Below the pieces are notes generated by a model. The model did no database searches, was not told the origin of the DNA, and saw only the letters and a list, made by a program, of their open reading frames with translations. Positions 8,965-16,684 of a DNA stretch of 30,584 nucleotides are shown here, in pieces. Position numbers and translations under genes: made by a program. The first letter of the stretch is position 1, and each line of letters starts with the position of its first letter. Source of the stretch: an uncultured Eubacteriales bacterium (GTDB lineage Bacteria > Bacillota > Clostridia > Oscillospirales > CAG-272); assembly GCA_902491355.1 (NCBI GenBank), contig CABUHM010000001.1:1-30584 (forward strand). The letters run 5' to 3'.

Positions 8965-9894
8965 ATGCTTTGGAAACGTGTTTTTGCAGTTCTTTTGATG
9001 CTTGTCGCCGCCGCAGGGCTTTCCGCCTGTCGCGATGCGGGGCAGAAGGTGGTGCTTTCGGTGGGCGGGTATCCGGTCACGGTGGAGGAGTACACCTATT
9101 TTTACTGTAACTATCGGGATCGTCTGGTCAGCGATGACGTGACTGATGAGATAATCCGCGATAACGTCCTTTCGGCGCTCCGGCAGAAATACGCCGCGCA
9201 AAAGCTGGCGGACGATCGGGGCATCACCCTGATCGACGAGGAAAAGAAGCAGGCAGACTCCCAATACGATGCCTATGCGGAATCGGTGGGAGGAAAGGAC
9301 GCCCTGTCCGAACGGCTCACCGAAAACCATTTTACCGAACGGTATTTCCGTCAGACCTTGGAGGATGTCCTGCTTCAGGACAAGCTGTACGATGTCATGA
9401 CCTCGGATTATGAGGGCGATATTCAGGCAGACGACGCAACGGTGATCGCCGACGTGCATGAGAATTTTTACCGCATCAAGCAGATCATGATTCTGCACGA
9501 AGACGGCGATTCTCTGGTGGACAATTACAGGCTCGCAGAGAAACTGCTCGAACGCATCCGCGCGGGCGAGGACTTCGACACAATGGTAGTGAAATATAAC
9601 GAGGACACCGCCATGGATACCGTCAACGGCTACTACTTTACGTCGGGGCAGATCCTGTCACAGGTCGAGAACGCCGCAAAGGAGCTTGCAATAGGCGAGA
9701 TCAGCGACGTGATCAAGTCCGACGTGGGATATCATATCGTGTGTCGGCTTCCGCTGGAGGACGAGTATATTTCCTCACATCTTGAGGATCTGCGCCGCGC
9801 CTATCGCGCACGGGTATATCATGAGCGCATTCAGGCAACTGCCGACAGTTTTGAGATCAAATATTATGACCGTTACGCCGAGATGACCTTCTGA
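8965..9894 (+). CDS. PrsA-like parvulin peptidyl-prolyl isomerase / foldase lipoprotein
   Basis: Signal peptide with lipobox LSAC from ATG 8965; helical SurA-like N-domain; rotamase motifs GEDFDTMVVKYNED and LAIGEISDVIKSDVGYHIV. Confidence 0.82.
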   Translation: MLWKRVFAVLLMLVAAAGLSACRDAGQKVVLSVGGYPVTVEEYTYFYCNYRDRLVSDDVTDEIIRDNVLSALRQKYAAQKLADDRGITLIDEEKKQADSQYDAYAESVGGKDALSERLTENHFTERYFRQTLEDVLLQDKLYDVMTSDYEGDIQADDATVIADVHENFYRIKQIMILHEDGDSLVDNYRLAEKLLERIRAGEDFDTMVVKYNEDTAMDTVNGYYFTSGQILSQVENAAKELAIGEISDVIKSDVGYHIVCRLPLEDEYISSHLEDLRRAYRARVYHERIQATADSFEIKYYDRYAEMTF

Positions 9895-9982
9895 GCTTTT
9901 TCGGGTCGGACGGAGAAACGGGAAATTTCCGATATCCGCATATTCGTAGCAAAGCCGCACAGCGGCAAACATGGAGACAGTC

Positions 9983-10864
9983 ATGAAAAAAATTACAAAA
10001 GCAGTGATCCCCGCGGCGGGTCTGGGTACGCGCATGCTTCCCATTGCCCGCGCCGTTCCCAAGGAGATGCTTCCCATTGTGGACCGTCCTGCTATTTCCT
10101 ATTTGGTGCAGGAGGCGGTGGAGAGCGGCATCACCGACATTCTCATCATCACGAACCGCGGCAAGGGCGCTATTGAGGACTACTTCGATTATTCGGTGGA
10201 ATACGAAGAGCATCTGCGCGCATCGGGTAAGGATGCCGTCATTCCCTCCCTGCGCCGCGCGGCGGACTGCGCCAACATCACCTTCATCCGCCAAAAAGAG
10301 GCACGCGGCTTAGGACACGCCATTCAATGTGCACGCGCATTTACCGGAGACGAGCCGTTTTTGGTGCTGTACGGCGACGACGTGATCTTTCACGAGCATA
10401 AGCCCGTATGCCGTCAGCTCATGGACGCCTTTGCGGAATTCGGCAAGACCACGGTGGGCGTGAAGGAGGTCTCGCAGGAGCAGGTGCTCAAATACTGCTC
10501 GCTCGATGCCAAGCGCATCCGCGACAACCTCTACGACGTGCGCGACATGATCGAAAAGCCCCGTCCGGAGCAGGTCATTACACGCCTGTCCATTCTCGGA
10601 CGCGTGCTCCTGACCCCTGACATCTATCCCTGTCTGGCATGTCTCAAGCCCGGCGCGGGCGGCGAGTTGCAATTGACCGATGCCATGCGCGACATGGCGC
10701 GCCGCGAGGGTGCGATCGCCGTAGATTTTGACGGCATGAGATACGACATGGGCTCCAAGCTCGGCTTTTTGCAGGCAAACGTGGAGCGCGCCGTGCGCGA
10801 TCCCGAACTGGGAGAGGCGTTCCGCCGTTATCTGCGGGACTTTGTCGGCTCCATGCAGGATTGA
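9983..10864 (+). CDS. galU: UTP--glucose-1-phosphate uridylyltransferase
   Basis: KAVIPAAGLGTRMLP, PKEMLPIVDRP, RQKEARGLGHA, IEKP, GGELQLTDA. ATG 9983 follows GGAG. Confidence 0.93.
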   Translation: MKKITKAVIPAAGLGTRMLPIARAVPKEMLPIVDRPAISYLVQEAVESGITDILIITNRGKGAIEDYFDYSVEYEEHLRASGKDAVIPSLRRAADCANITFIRQKEARGLGHAIQCARAFTGDEPFLVLYGDDVIFHEHKPVCRQLMDAFAEFGKTTVGVKEVSQEQVLKYCSLDAKRIRDNLYDVRDMIEKPRPEQVITRLSILGRVLLTPDIYPCLACLKPGAGGELQLTDAMRDMARREGAIAVDFDGMRYDMGSKLGFLQANVERAVRDPELGEAFRRYLRDFVGSMQD

Positions 10865-10923
10865 GACAGTCAAAAACCGAAAAGCATACCGCCAAATCGT
10901 CATTCACACGGAGGAAAAAGCCT

Positions 10924-11412
10924 ATGGAACGGGTATCCAAAGAGAATTATTATCTGAACATCGCGCAGACCGTGGCGGATCGCGGCACATGTCTGCGTCG
11001 GCACTTCGGCGCCATCATCGTGAAGAACGACGTCATCGTGTCCACGGGATATAACGGCGCGCCGCGCGGACGGCAGAACTGCTGTGATGTGGGTGTCTGT
11101 CTGCGGGAAAAGCTGAAGATCCCGCACGGGGAACGGTATGAGCTGTGCCGCTCGGTGCACGCCGAGGCGAACGCCATCATCGCCGCCTCGCGCGAACAGA
11201 TGCTGGATTCCACGCTGTATCTTGCCTGTGTGGATCCGCACACAAAGCAGGTGCTCGGCGGGACCACCTCATGCAGTATGTGCCGCCGCATGATCATCAA
11301 CGCCGGCATTTCCCGCGTCGTCATTCGGGAAAGCGACACCGAATTCAGCGTGGTTCCCGTGCGCGATTGGATCTTGAACGACGATAGCATGGGCGAAAAA
11401 TACGAGGACTGA
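10924..11412 (+). CDS. dCMP deaminase family protein (ComEB-like)
   Basis: TCLRRHFGAIIV, STGYNGAPRG, HAEANA and CSMC zinc motifs. RBS GGAGG precedes ATG 10924. Confidence 0.9.
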   Translation: MERVSKENYYLNIAQTVADRGTCLRRHFGAIIVKNDVIVSTGYNGAPRGRQNCCDVGVCLREKLKIPHGERYELCRSVHAEANAIIAASREQMLDSTLYLACVDPHTKQVLGGTTSCSMCRRMIINAGISRVVIRESDTEFSVVPVRDWILNDDSMGEKYED

Positions 11413-11428
11413 AACAGGAGCGATTACA

Positions 11429-11959
11429 TTGGCACCAACCGAACTGAACGAAAAGATCGAATGTGAGGGCATCACGCCCGAGGCGGCAGAGCCAAAGACA
11501 TCGGAGGCGGGCGGCACGCCGGAGAAAAAGGCACCGTACACCGTCTGCTTTGTGTGTACGGGAAACACCTGCCGCAGTCCGATGGCACAGGCGGTGCTGC
11601 GCGCACACCGCCCCGATCTGCGCGTGCTGTCCGCAGGGATCGCCACGCGCGGCGGCAAGCCCATCGCACAAAATGCGGCGACCGCCCTGCACCGTGCGGG
11701 CATCGAGAATACGCCCGCAAATCCCTACGAATCCCACCTTTCCGCACCGCTCGACCCCATTACCGTCCTGCAATGCGATAAGATCATCGGGCTGACGGGA
11801 GATCATGCCATGGCAGTGCTCATGGCGTATCCCGAGGCGGCATCCAAGATCGCGGTGTTCCCGCATGACATCGCCGACCCGTTCGGCGGCGACGAGGAGA
11901 CCTATGCCGCATGTCTGCGGGAGATCGAGGCGGGACTGCGGGAAATGTTCCCATGGTGA
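11429..11959 (+). CDS. ywlE: Low-molecular-weight phosphatase, probably protein-arginine phosphatase YwlE
   Basis: P-loop VCTGNTCRSPMA (Thr typical of YwlE rather than the Ile of tyrosine LMW-PTPs) and DIADPFGG. TTG start follows AGGAG. Confidence 0.78.
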   Translation: MAPTELNEKIECEGITPEAAEPKTSEAGGTPEKKAPYTVCFVCTGNTCRSPMAQAVLRAHRPDLRVLSAGIATRGGKPIAQNAATALHRAGIENTPANPYESHLSAPLDPITVLQCDKIIGLTGDHAMAVLMAYPEAASKIAVFPHDIADPFGGDEETYAACLREIEAGLREMFPW

Positions 11960-12387
11960 TCCGACGCGCCGAGATGCGCGATCTGGACGGGCTTTGCGAT
12001 GTGGAAAACGCATGCTTTTCCCAGCCGTGGTCCCGTGCCTCCATGGAAAGCACACTGACCGGAGACGGACGGTGTGTTTTGCTTGCAGAGAAAGCGGGAC
12101 GCACGGTGGGCTATGCGTCCTATTGGCGGGTCTTGGAAGAGGCGGATGTGCTGAGCGTTGCGGTTCTGCCCGAATTCCGCCGTCGGGGGATCGGCTCGGC
12201 GCTCATGGGCGCACTGCTTTCGCAGGCAAAGTCGGAATCCGTCGAAATAATGCACTTAGAGGTGCGGCAAAGCAATGTCACGGCGCAGTCCCTGTATGAA
12301 AGGTGCGGGTTTGCGGCGGACGGGCTTCGTCCGCGCTATTATTCCCGTCCCGTCGAGGACGCCGTCCTCATGTCCTGCCGTCTGTAG
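11953..12387 (+). CDS. rimI: RimI-type GNAT acetyltransferase
   Basis: ENACFSQPWS, VAVLPEFRRRGIG, LEVRQSNVTAQSLYERCGF, RPRYYSRPVEDA; directly upstream of tsaD. Confidence 0.9.
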   Translation: MVIRRAEMRDLDGLCDVENACFSQPWSRASMESTLTGDGRCVLLAEKAGRTVGYASYWRVLEEADVLSVAVLPEFRRRGIGSALMGALLSQAKSESVEIMHLEVRQSNVTAQSLYERCGFAADGLRPRYYSRPVEDAVLMSCRL

Positions 12388-12477
12388 GGCATTTTTTCCG
12401 TTCGCAGTCCTGTCGGATCTGCACCGACGGTCGGAGTTGTCCGACCGATCCTATGTATATGAGTTGAAGGCTGATTT

Positions 12478-13494
12478 ATGTTAATTCTGGGTATCGAAAG
12501 CTCCTGCGACGAAACCTCCGCCGCCGTTGTGGAAATGTCGCCGTCCGTGCGGCGTATCCTCTCAAACCGCATCGCGTCCTCCATGGAGACCCACCGTCTG
12601 TTCGGCGGCGTGGTGCCCGAGATCGCATCGCGCGCACACGCCGAGGCGATTTCCGGACTGACCTACGACGCGCTGTCCGAGGCAGGCGTGACCATGGAGC
12701 AGATCGATGCCGTGGGCGTTACGGCGTTCCCCGGGCTGATCGGCGCACTGATGGTGGGCGTTAATTTTGCAAAAGCTCTTGCCTATGCCAACGCCAAGCC
12801 CCTTGTCCCCGTCAACCATGTGTACGGACATGTGGCGGCGGCGTATCTGGCGCACCCGACCTTAGAGCCACCCTTTTTGGCGCTCATCGTGTCGGGCGGG
12901 CATACCTCGCTGACCTATTTTACCTCATACACGCAGGCGACCGTCCTCGGCAGAACGCGGGACGATGCAGCGGGCGAGGCATTCGATAAAGTGGGCAGAG
13001 TGCTGGGCGTACCGTACCCGGGCGGTGCGGAAATGGATCGGCTTGCCATGTCGGGAGATCCTTCGTTTCTGTCCCTGCCGTCGGCGGCACTGCGGGAGGA
13101 TGCGGCGCATCCGTCTCTTGACTTTTCCTTTTCCGGACTGAAAACGGCAGTTATCAACGAGCTGAACACGGCGAATATGAAGGGTCTGACCTATGCCAAG
13201 GAGGATATCGCCGCCTCCTTTACCGCCGCCGTGGTGGGTGCGCTTGTGCATCAGCTTGAGGCGGCAGTGGATCGGACGGACAGCCGTCGGATCGTGCTTG
13301 CGGGCGGCGTTGCGGCAAATTCCCATTTGCGGAGCGCCGTGGAACGTCTTGCCGCGCGGCGGAATTTACAGCTTTTCCTGCCTCCCCGCGCACTGTGCGG
13401 CGATAACGCCGCCATGATCGGCGCGCAGGCATATTACGAATATCTTGCGGGCGTGCGCGCAGGAACCGATCTGACCGCGCGCGCAACCGTGTAA
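12478..13494 (+). CDS. tsaD: tRNA N6-threonylcarbamoyltransferase TsaD
   Basis: LGIESSCDETSAA, GGVVPEIASRAH, VSGGHT, TRDDAAGEAFDKVGR, FSFSGLKT, GGVAAN, DNAAMI. Confidence 0.97.
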   Translation: MLILGIESSCDETSAAVVEMSPSVRRILSNRIASSMETHRLFGGVVPEIASRAHAEAISGLTYDALSEAGVTMEQIDAVGVTAFPGLIGALMVGVNFAKALAYANAKPLVPVNHVYGHVAAAYLAHPTLEPPFLALIVSGGHTSLTYFTSYTQATVLGRTRDDAAGEAFDKVGRVLGVPYPGGAEMDRLAMSGDPSFLSLPSAALREDAAHPSLDFSFSGLKTAVINELNTANMKGLTYAKEDIAASFTAAVVGALVHQLEAAVDRTDSRRIVLAGGVAANSHLRSAVERLAARRNLQLFLPPRALCGDNAAMIGAQAYYEYLAGVRAGTDLTARATV

Positions 13495-13589
13495 ATGGGA
13501 GAAACACCGTCGTCATCGCACCGCTGACGCGTGACCGTGCGCGATCCTTTCGATGCGGCGGGCACGATGCGAACGGCTTTTTTCCGAGG

Positions 13590-13708
13590 TTTTCCACCGC
13601 CATCCACAGGCGCTTGTGGAAAACTTGCGTGGAAAACAGCCTGTCTCGACAGCGTTTTTCCGATTTCCACCTTTTCAACTGTGGAAAACCGTGTGGGAAT
13701 GTGGATAA
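13590..13708. promoter_or_regulatory. Cluster of about nine DnaA-box-like 9-mers
   Basis: Consensus TTWTCCACA on the minus strand at 13615-13623, 13680-13688 and 13700-13708 (TTATCCACA). Near matches at 13590 (TTTTCCACC), 13600 (CCATCCACA), 13628 (minus, TTTTCCACG), 13663 (ATTTCCACC), 13672 (TTTTCAACT) and 13692 (minus, ATTCCCACA). Confidence 0.8.
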
Positions 13709-13777
13709 TCTGAATCGCCCGAATATGACCGCATCTCCCCCGATCCCGAGAATGCAGAGAAAATAAGGAAGCAATCT

Positions 13778-14461
13778 ATGGCACAAAAAAACATTGACAG
13801 CGAAATTCCGTCGGCACTTCTTCACCGTCTGCCGCGATACTACCGTGCCCTGCGGCAACTGATCGCAGGTGACATTCTGCGGGTGCGCTCCACAGAATTG
13901 GCGCGCCTTCTCGGCACCGGTGCGTCACAGATCCGCCAGGACCTGCACTACTTCGGAGAATTCGGGCAAAAGGGCTACGGCTATAACGTAAAGGATCTGT
14001 ACAGTCGAATGGGGGAGCTTCTCGGCGTCAATCGGAACTATTCGGTCGCCATTTGGGGAGAAAACGGAAGCGGCATCATGCTTGCGGGCTTCCCCGTGTT
14101 AAAACAGCGCGGCGTTTGCGTGCGCTTTGTGGCGGACAGTGTCGCCGCCCCGCGCGATTTCGCATATCCCGTGATCCGCGAGGAGGAGCTGGCGGAGCGG
14201 TGCGCGTCGAACGGGATCGATATCGTGGTATTCTGCGTCGGGAGGGATCGGCTGGAGGAACGCCTCCGCATCCTGGAGGAGCTCCGTCCCGCAGGCGTGT
14301 GGAACCTGACCGAACATGCGTTTTCCCTGTCCGGCGTCACGGTGCACGAGCTGTGCCCCGCCGACGATTTCATGGCGCTGTGCTGTGACATTTATCAAAA
14401 ACAAAAAAGTGAGGTGAGCGCGGTTGAAGCTGCTCTGGAACCGAAAAAACGGAACGATTGA
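13778..14461 (+). CDS. Rex-family transcriptional regulator with a degenerate dinucleotide-binding domain
   Basis: Canonical Rex winged helix (RLPRYYRAL, STELA, SQIRQDLHYFGEFGQKGYGYNV). The Rossmann glycine loop reads WGENGSG instead of GAGNLG. The C-terminal GVWN motif is retained. Confidence 0.85.
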   Translation: MAQKNIDSEIPSALLHRLPRYYRALRQLIAGDILRVRSTELARLLGTGASQIRQDLHYFGEFGQKGYGYNVKDLYSRMGELLGVNRNYSVAIWGENGSGIMLAGFPVLKQRGVCVRFVADSVAAPRDFAYPVIREEELAERCASNGIDIVVFCVGRDRLEERLRILEELRPAGVWNLTEHAFSLSGVTVHELCPADDFMALCCDIYQKQKSEVSAVEAALEPKKRND

Positions 14462-15497
14462 ACTGCCCCGCAGTGCGGCTTCGGCGGCGGAGTGCGCTTC
14501 CCGCGCAGAGCTTGCCGTGCTTTTGCTCATGGCGGCAGAGCCTGACTGTCTTGCGGACACCGATGGTGCGATCCCGTCACTGGCGGAGGGCGCGGACTGC
14601 TCCGAGGATGAGGTGCGCGCCGCCATCCGCTTCTGGCGGGGGGCAGGCGTCCTCTCCCTTGACCGAAAGCGCCGCACGGCAAAGACCGAAGAAAATGTTA
14701 CCGTCTCCGCATCGGAAAGCGAAGTAACACCGACTGCCGAAAAGAACGCCCCCGCAGACGCCGACGCGCCCGAGCGCAAGCGTCATCTGCAAAAAGCGGA
14801 CGATTACGTCTATTCGGGAGAAGAAACCGAACGTCTGCTCGAAGAGAACGACGGAAGCCGCCGTCAGCTTCTCGAGCTGTGCCAGAACATCGCGGGGAAG
14901 GTTTTCAACACCGCCGAGGTCAATCGCATTCTGCGCCTGTCCGACTCCGTGCGTCTGGATAACGAATACATCCTGCTGATCTTCACCTATTGCAAAAACA
15001 TCGGAAAGCCCTCGGTGCATTACGCGGAAAAGACCGCACTGAACCTGTTCGACGAGGGTGTGGACGACACCGAAAAGCTCAAGGAATACTTAAAGCGGCG
15101 GGGAGAGGCGCAGAGCTACGAGGGCATGATCCGCCGCGGTTTCGGGATCGGGGCGCGCGCCCTGACCGCACGTGAGAAAAAGCTCACGGCACATTGGCAG
15201 GAGGAGCTTGCCTCGCCCGAGGAGCTGGTGCGCTGTGCTTATGAGATCTGCGTGGACGCAACGGGGTCGGTCTCCTTTCCGTATATCGACCGCATCCTGA
15301 CCCGATACGCGCAAGACGGCATCCGAACCGCAGAGCAGGCGGAAAAGGATCGGGAGGCGCACCGCGCCGAAAAACAGGCGACCGCTGAAAAGGGTGCCAG
15401 CTTTGATACCGATGAATTCCTGCGCCTTTCTCTGGAGCGCTCCCGTCAGATGGCGGATACCCTCAAGCGCTCGGAGAACGGCGGCGATACGGTCTGA
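14424..15497 (+). CDS. DnaD/DnaB-domain replication initiation / helicase co-loader protein
   Basis: TTG start after GAGGTG. N-terminal winged helix (EVRAAIRFWRGAGVL) and two DnaB_2-like domains (HYAEKTALNLFDEGV; SFPYIDRILTRYAQDGIRTAEQA). Adjacent to the loader ATPase. Confidence 0.82.
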   Translation: MKLLWNRKNGTIELPRSAASAAECASRAELAVLLLMAAEPDCLADTDGAIPSLAEGADCSEDEVRAAIRFWRGAGVLSLDRKRRTAKTEENVTVSASESEVTPTAEKNAPADADAPERKRHLQKADDYVYSGEETERLLEENDGSRRQLLELCQNIAGKVFNTAEVNRILRLSDSVRLDNEYILLIFTYCKNIGKPSVHYAEKTALNLFDEGVDDTEKLKEYLKRRGEAQSYEGMIRRGFGIGARALTAREKKLTAHWQEELASPEELVRCAYEICVDATGSVSFPYIDRILTRYAQDGIRTAEQAEKDREAHRAEKQATAEKGASFDTDEFLRLSLERSRQMADTLKRSENGGDTV

Positions 15498-15595
15498 TCC
15501 GACCCGAACGCCGATCTTTCACGGCGTATCACGGACGGCGAGAGCTGTCTGTATTTCACTGTGCCGCCTCCGGCGGCGGAACGGAGTGTTTGTAA

Positions 15596-16567
15596 ATGGC
15601 ATTCAGTCGAAAAAATTATCTCCGTGTGCGGGATGAGTTTTCTCAAAAGGCGTTCCGTGCACAGCGGGAAGCGCAGGAACGCACGACCGACCTGCACCGA
15701 CGGTATCCCGAATTGCGGGAGATCGACCGCGCGCTCGCGGCGACCGGCGCCGCCGTCTTTGCCGAGACCATGCGAGGTCCTGTCGGACTGGAGGAGCGTC
15801 TGGAAAAGCTACGGTGCGAAAACCGCGAATTGCAGGAAAGCCGTGCGCAGTGTCTGCGCTATCACGGTCTGCCCGTGGACTATACCGACCCGCATTACGA
15901 ATGCGCACGGTGCTCGGACACCGGCGAGGTGATGGGCAGGATGTGTCCGTGCATGAAGCGCGCACTGGTGCTCGCCACCTATGAATCGTCGGGGATCGGC
16001 GCACTGCTCAAGACCCAGACCTTTGATACCTTTGACCTTTCCTATTATGCGGCGGGCGAATCCCGTGCCGCGGCGGAGGCGGCGCTCCGCATCTGTCGCG
16101 ACTTTGCGCTGAATTTCCCGAATTCCGCCGTCCGCAACATTACCCTGCAGGGCGCAACGGGACTGGGAAAGACCCATTTGTCCACAGCGATGGCAAAGGA
16201 GGTCATCGACCGAGGCTTTGACGTGGTGTACGACACCGCGCAAAACATCCTCGGCACCATGGAGGACGTCCGCTTCGGCAGACTGCTCCCCGAGGACGGC
16301 GACACCCAGCGGTTCTTTGCGTGCGATCTTTTGATGATTGACGATCTCGGCACCGAGACCAACACGCAATTCACGGTGGGCGCGCTGTATAACCTGCTCA
16401 ACACCCGCATCAACGCGGGTCGCGCGACGGTGGTCAGCACCAATCTGACCGTGGAGGACTTCCGACGGCGCTATGCCGACCGCATCACCTCCCGTCTGCT
16501 CGGCGAATTCACCATGCTTCCGCTTACGGGACGCGACATCCGCTCCCAGAAATTGCAGGGAAGATAA
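15596..16567 (+). CDS. DnaC/DnaI-family (IstB-like AAA+) helicase loader
   Basis: Zinc motif YECARCSDTG..MCPC, Walker A GATGLGKT, Walker B LLMIDDLG, STNL, DRITSRL, GRDIR. Confidence 0.88.
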   Translation: MAFSRKNYLRVRDEFSQKAFRAQREAQERTTDLHRRYPELREIDRALAATGAAVFAETMRGPVGLEERLEKLRCENRELQESRAQCLRYHGLPVDYTDPHYECARCSDTGEVMGRMCPCMKRALVLATYESSGIGALLKTQTFDTFDLSYYAAGESRAAAEAALRICRDFALNFPNSAVRNITLQGATGLGKTHLSTAMAKEVIDRGFDVVYDTAQNILGTMEDVRFGRLLPEDGDTQRFFACDLLMIDDLGTETNTQFTVGALYNLLNTRINAGRATVVSTNLTVEDFRRRYADRITSRLLGEFTMLPLTGRDIRSQKLQGR

Positions 16568-16684
16568 CCGTTACCCCCCCTCATGATCCAAACGGCGCGG
16601 GCGCTTCCCTTTTCTTATCAAAAGCCCCATGCCGTATTCCCATTTTACACCCCAGACCGATACCAAACACCGGAGGATAAAAAC

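Noticed and set aside
13590..13708. CRISPR array or Rex operator
   Set aside because: Repeats are 9-mers in mixed orientation without regular spacers, and no TTGTGAA-N4-TTCACAA palindrome is present.
13495..13777. Chromosomal origin oriC
   Set aside because: DnaA boxes are present, but there is no adjacent dnaA/dnaN, AT-rich unwinding region, DnaA-trio repeat or orientation switch. Not fully excluded without genome-wide skew data.
15596..16567. IS21 istB or prophage replication module
   Set aside because: No istA, integrase, terminal repeats or phage genes nearby. The zinc-binding N-terminus and DnaD partner fit the housekeeping loader pair.
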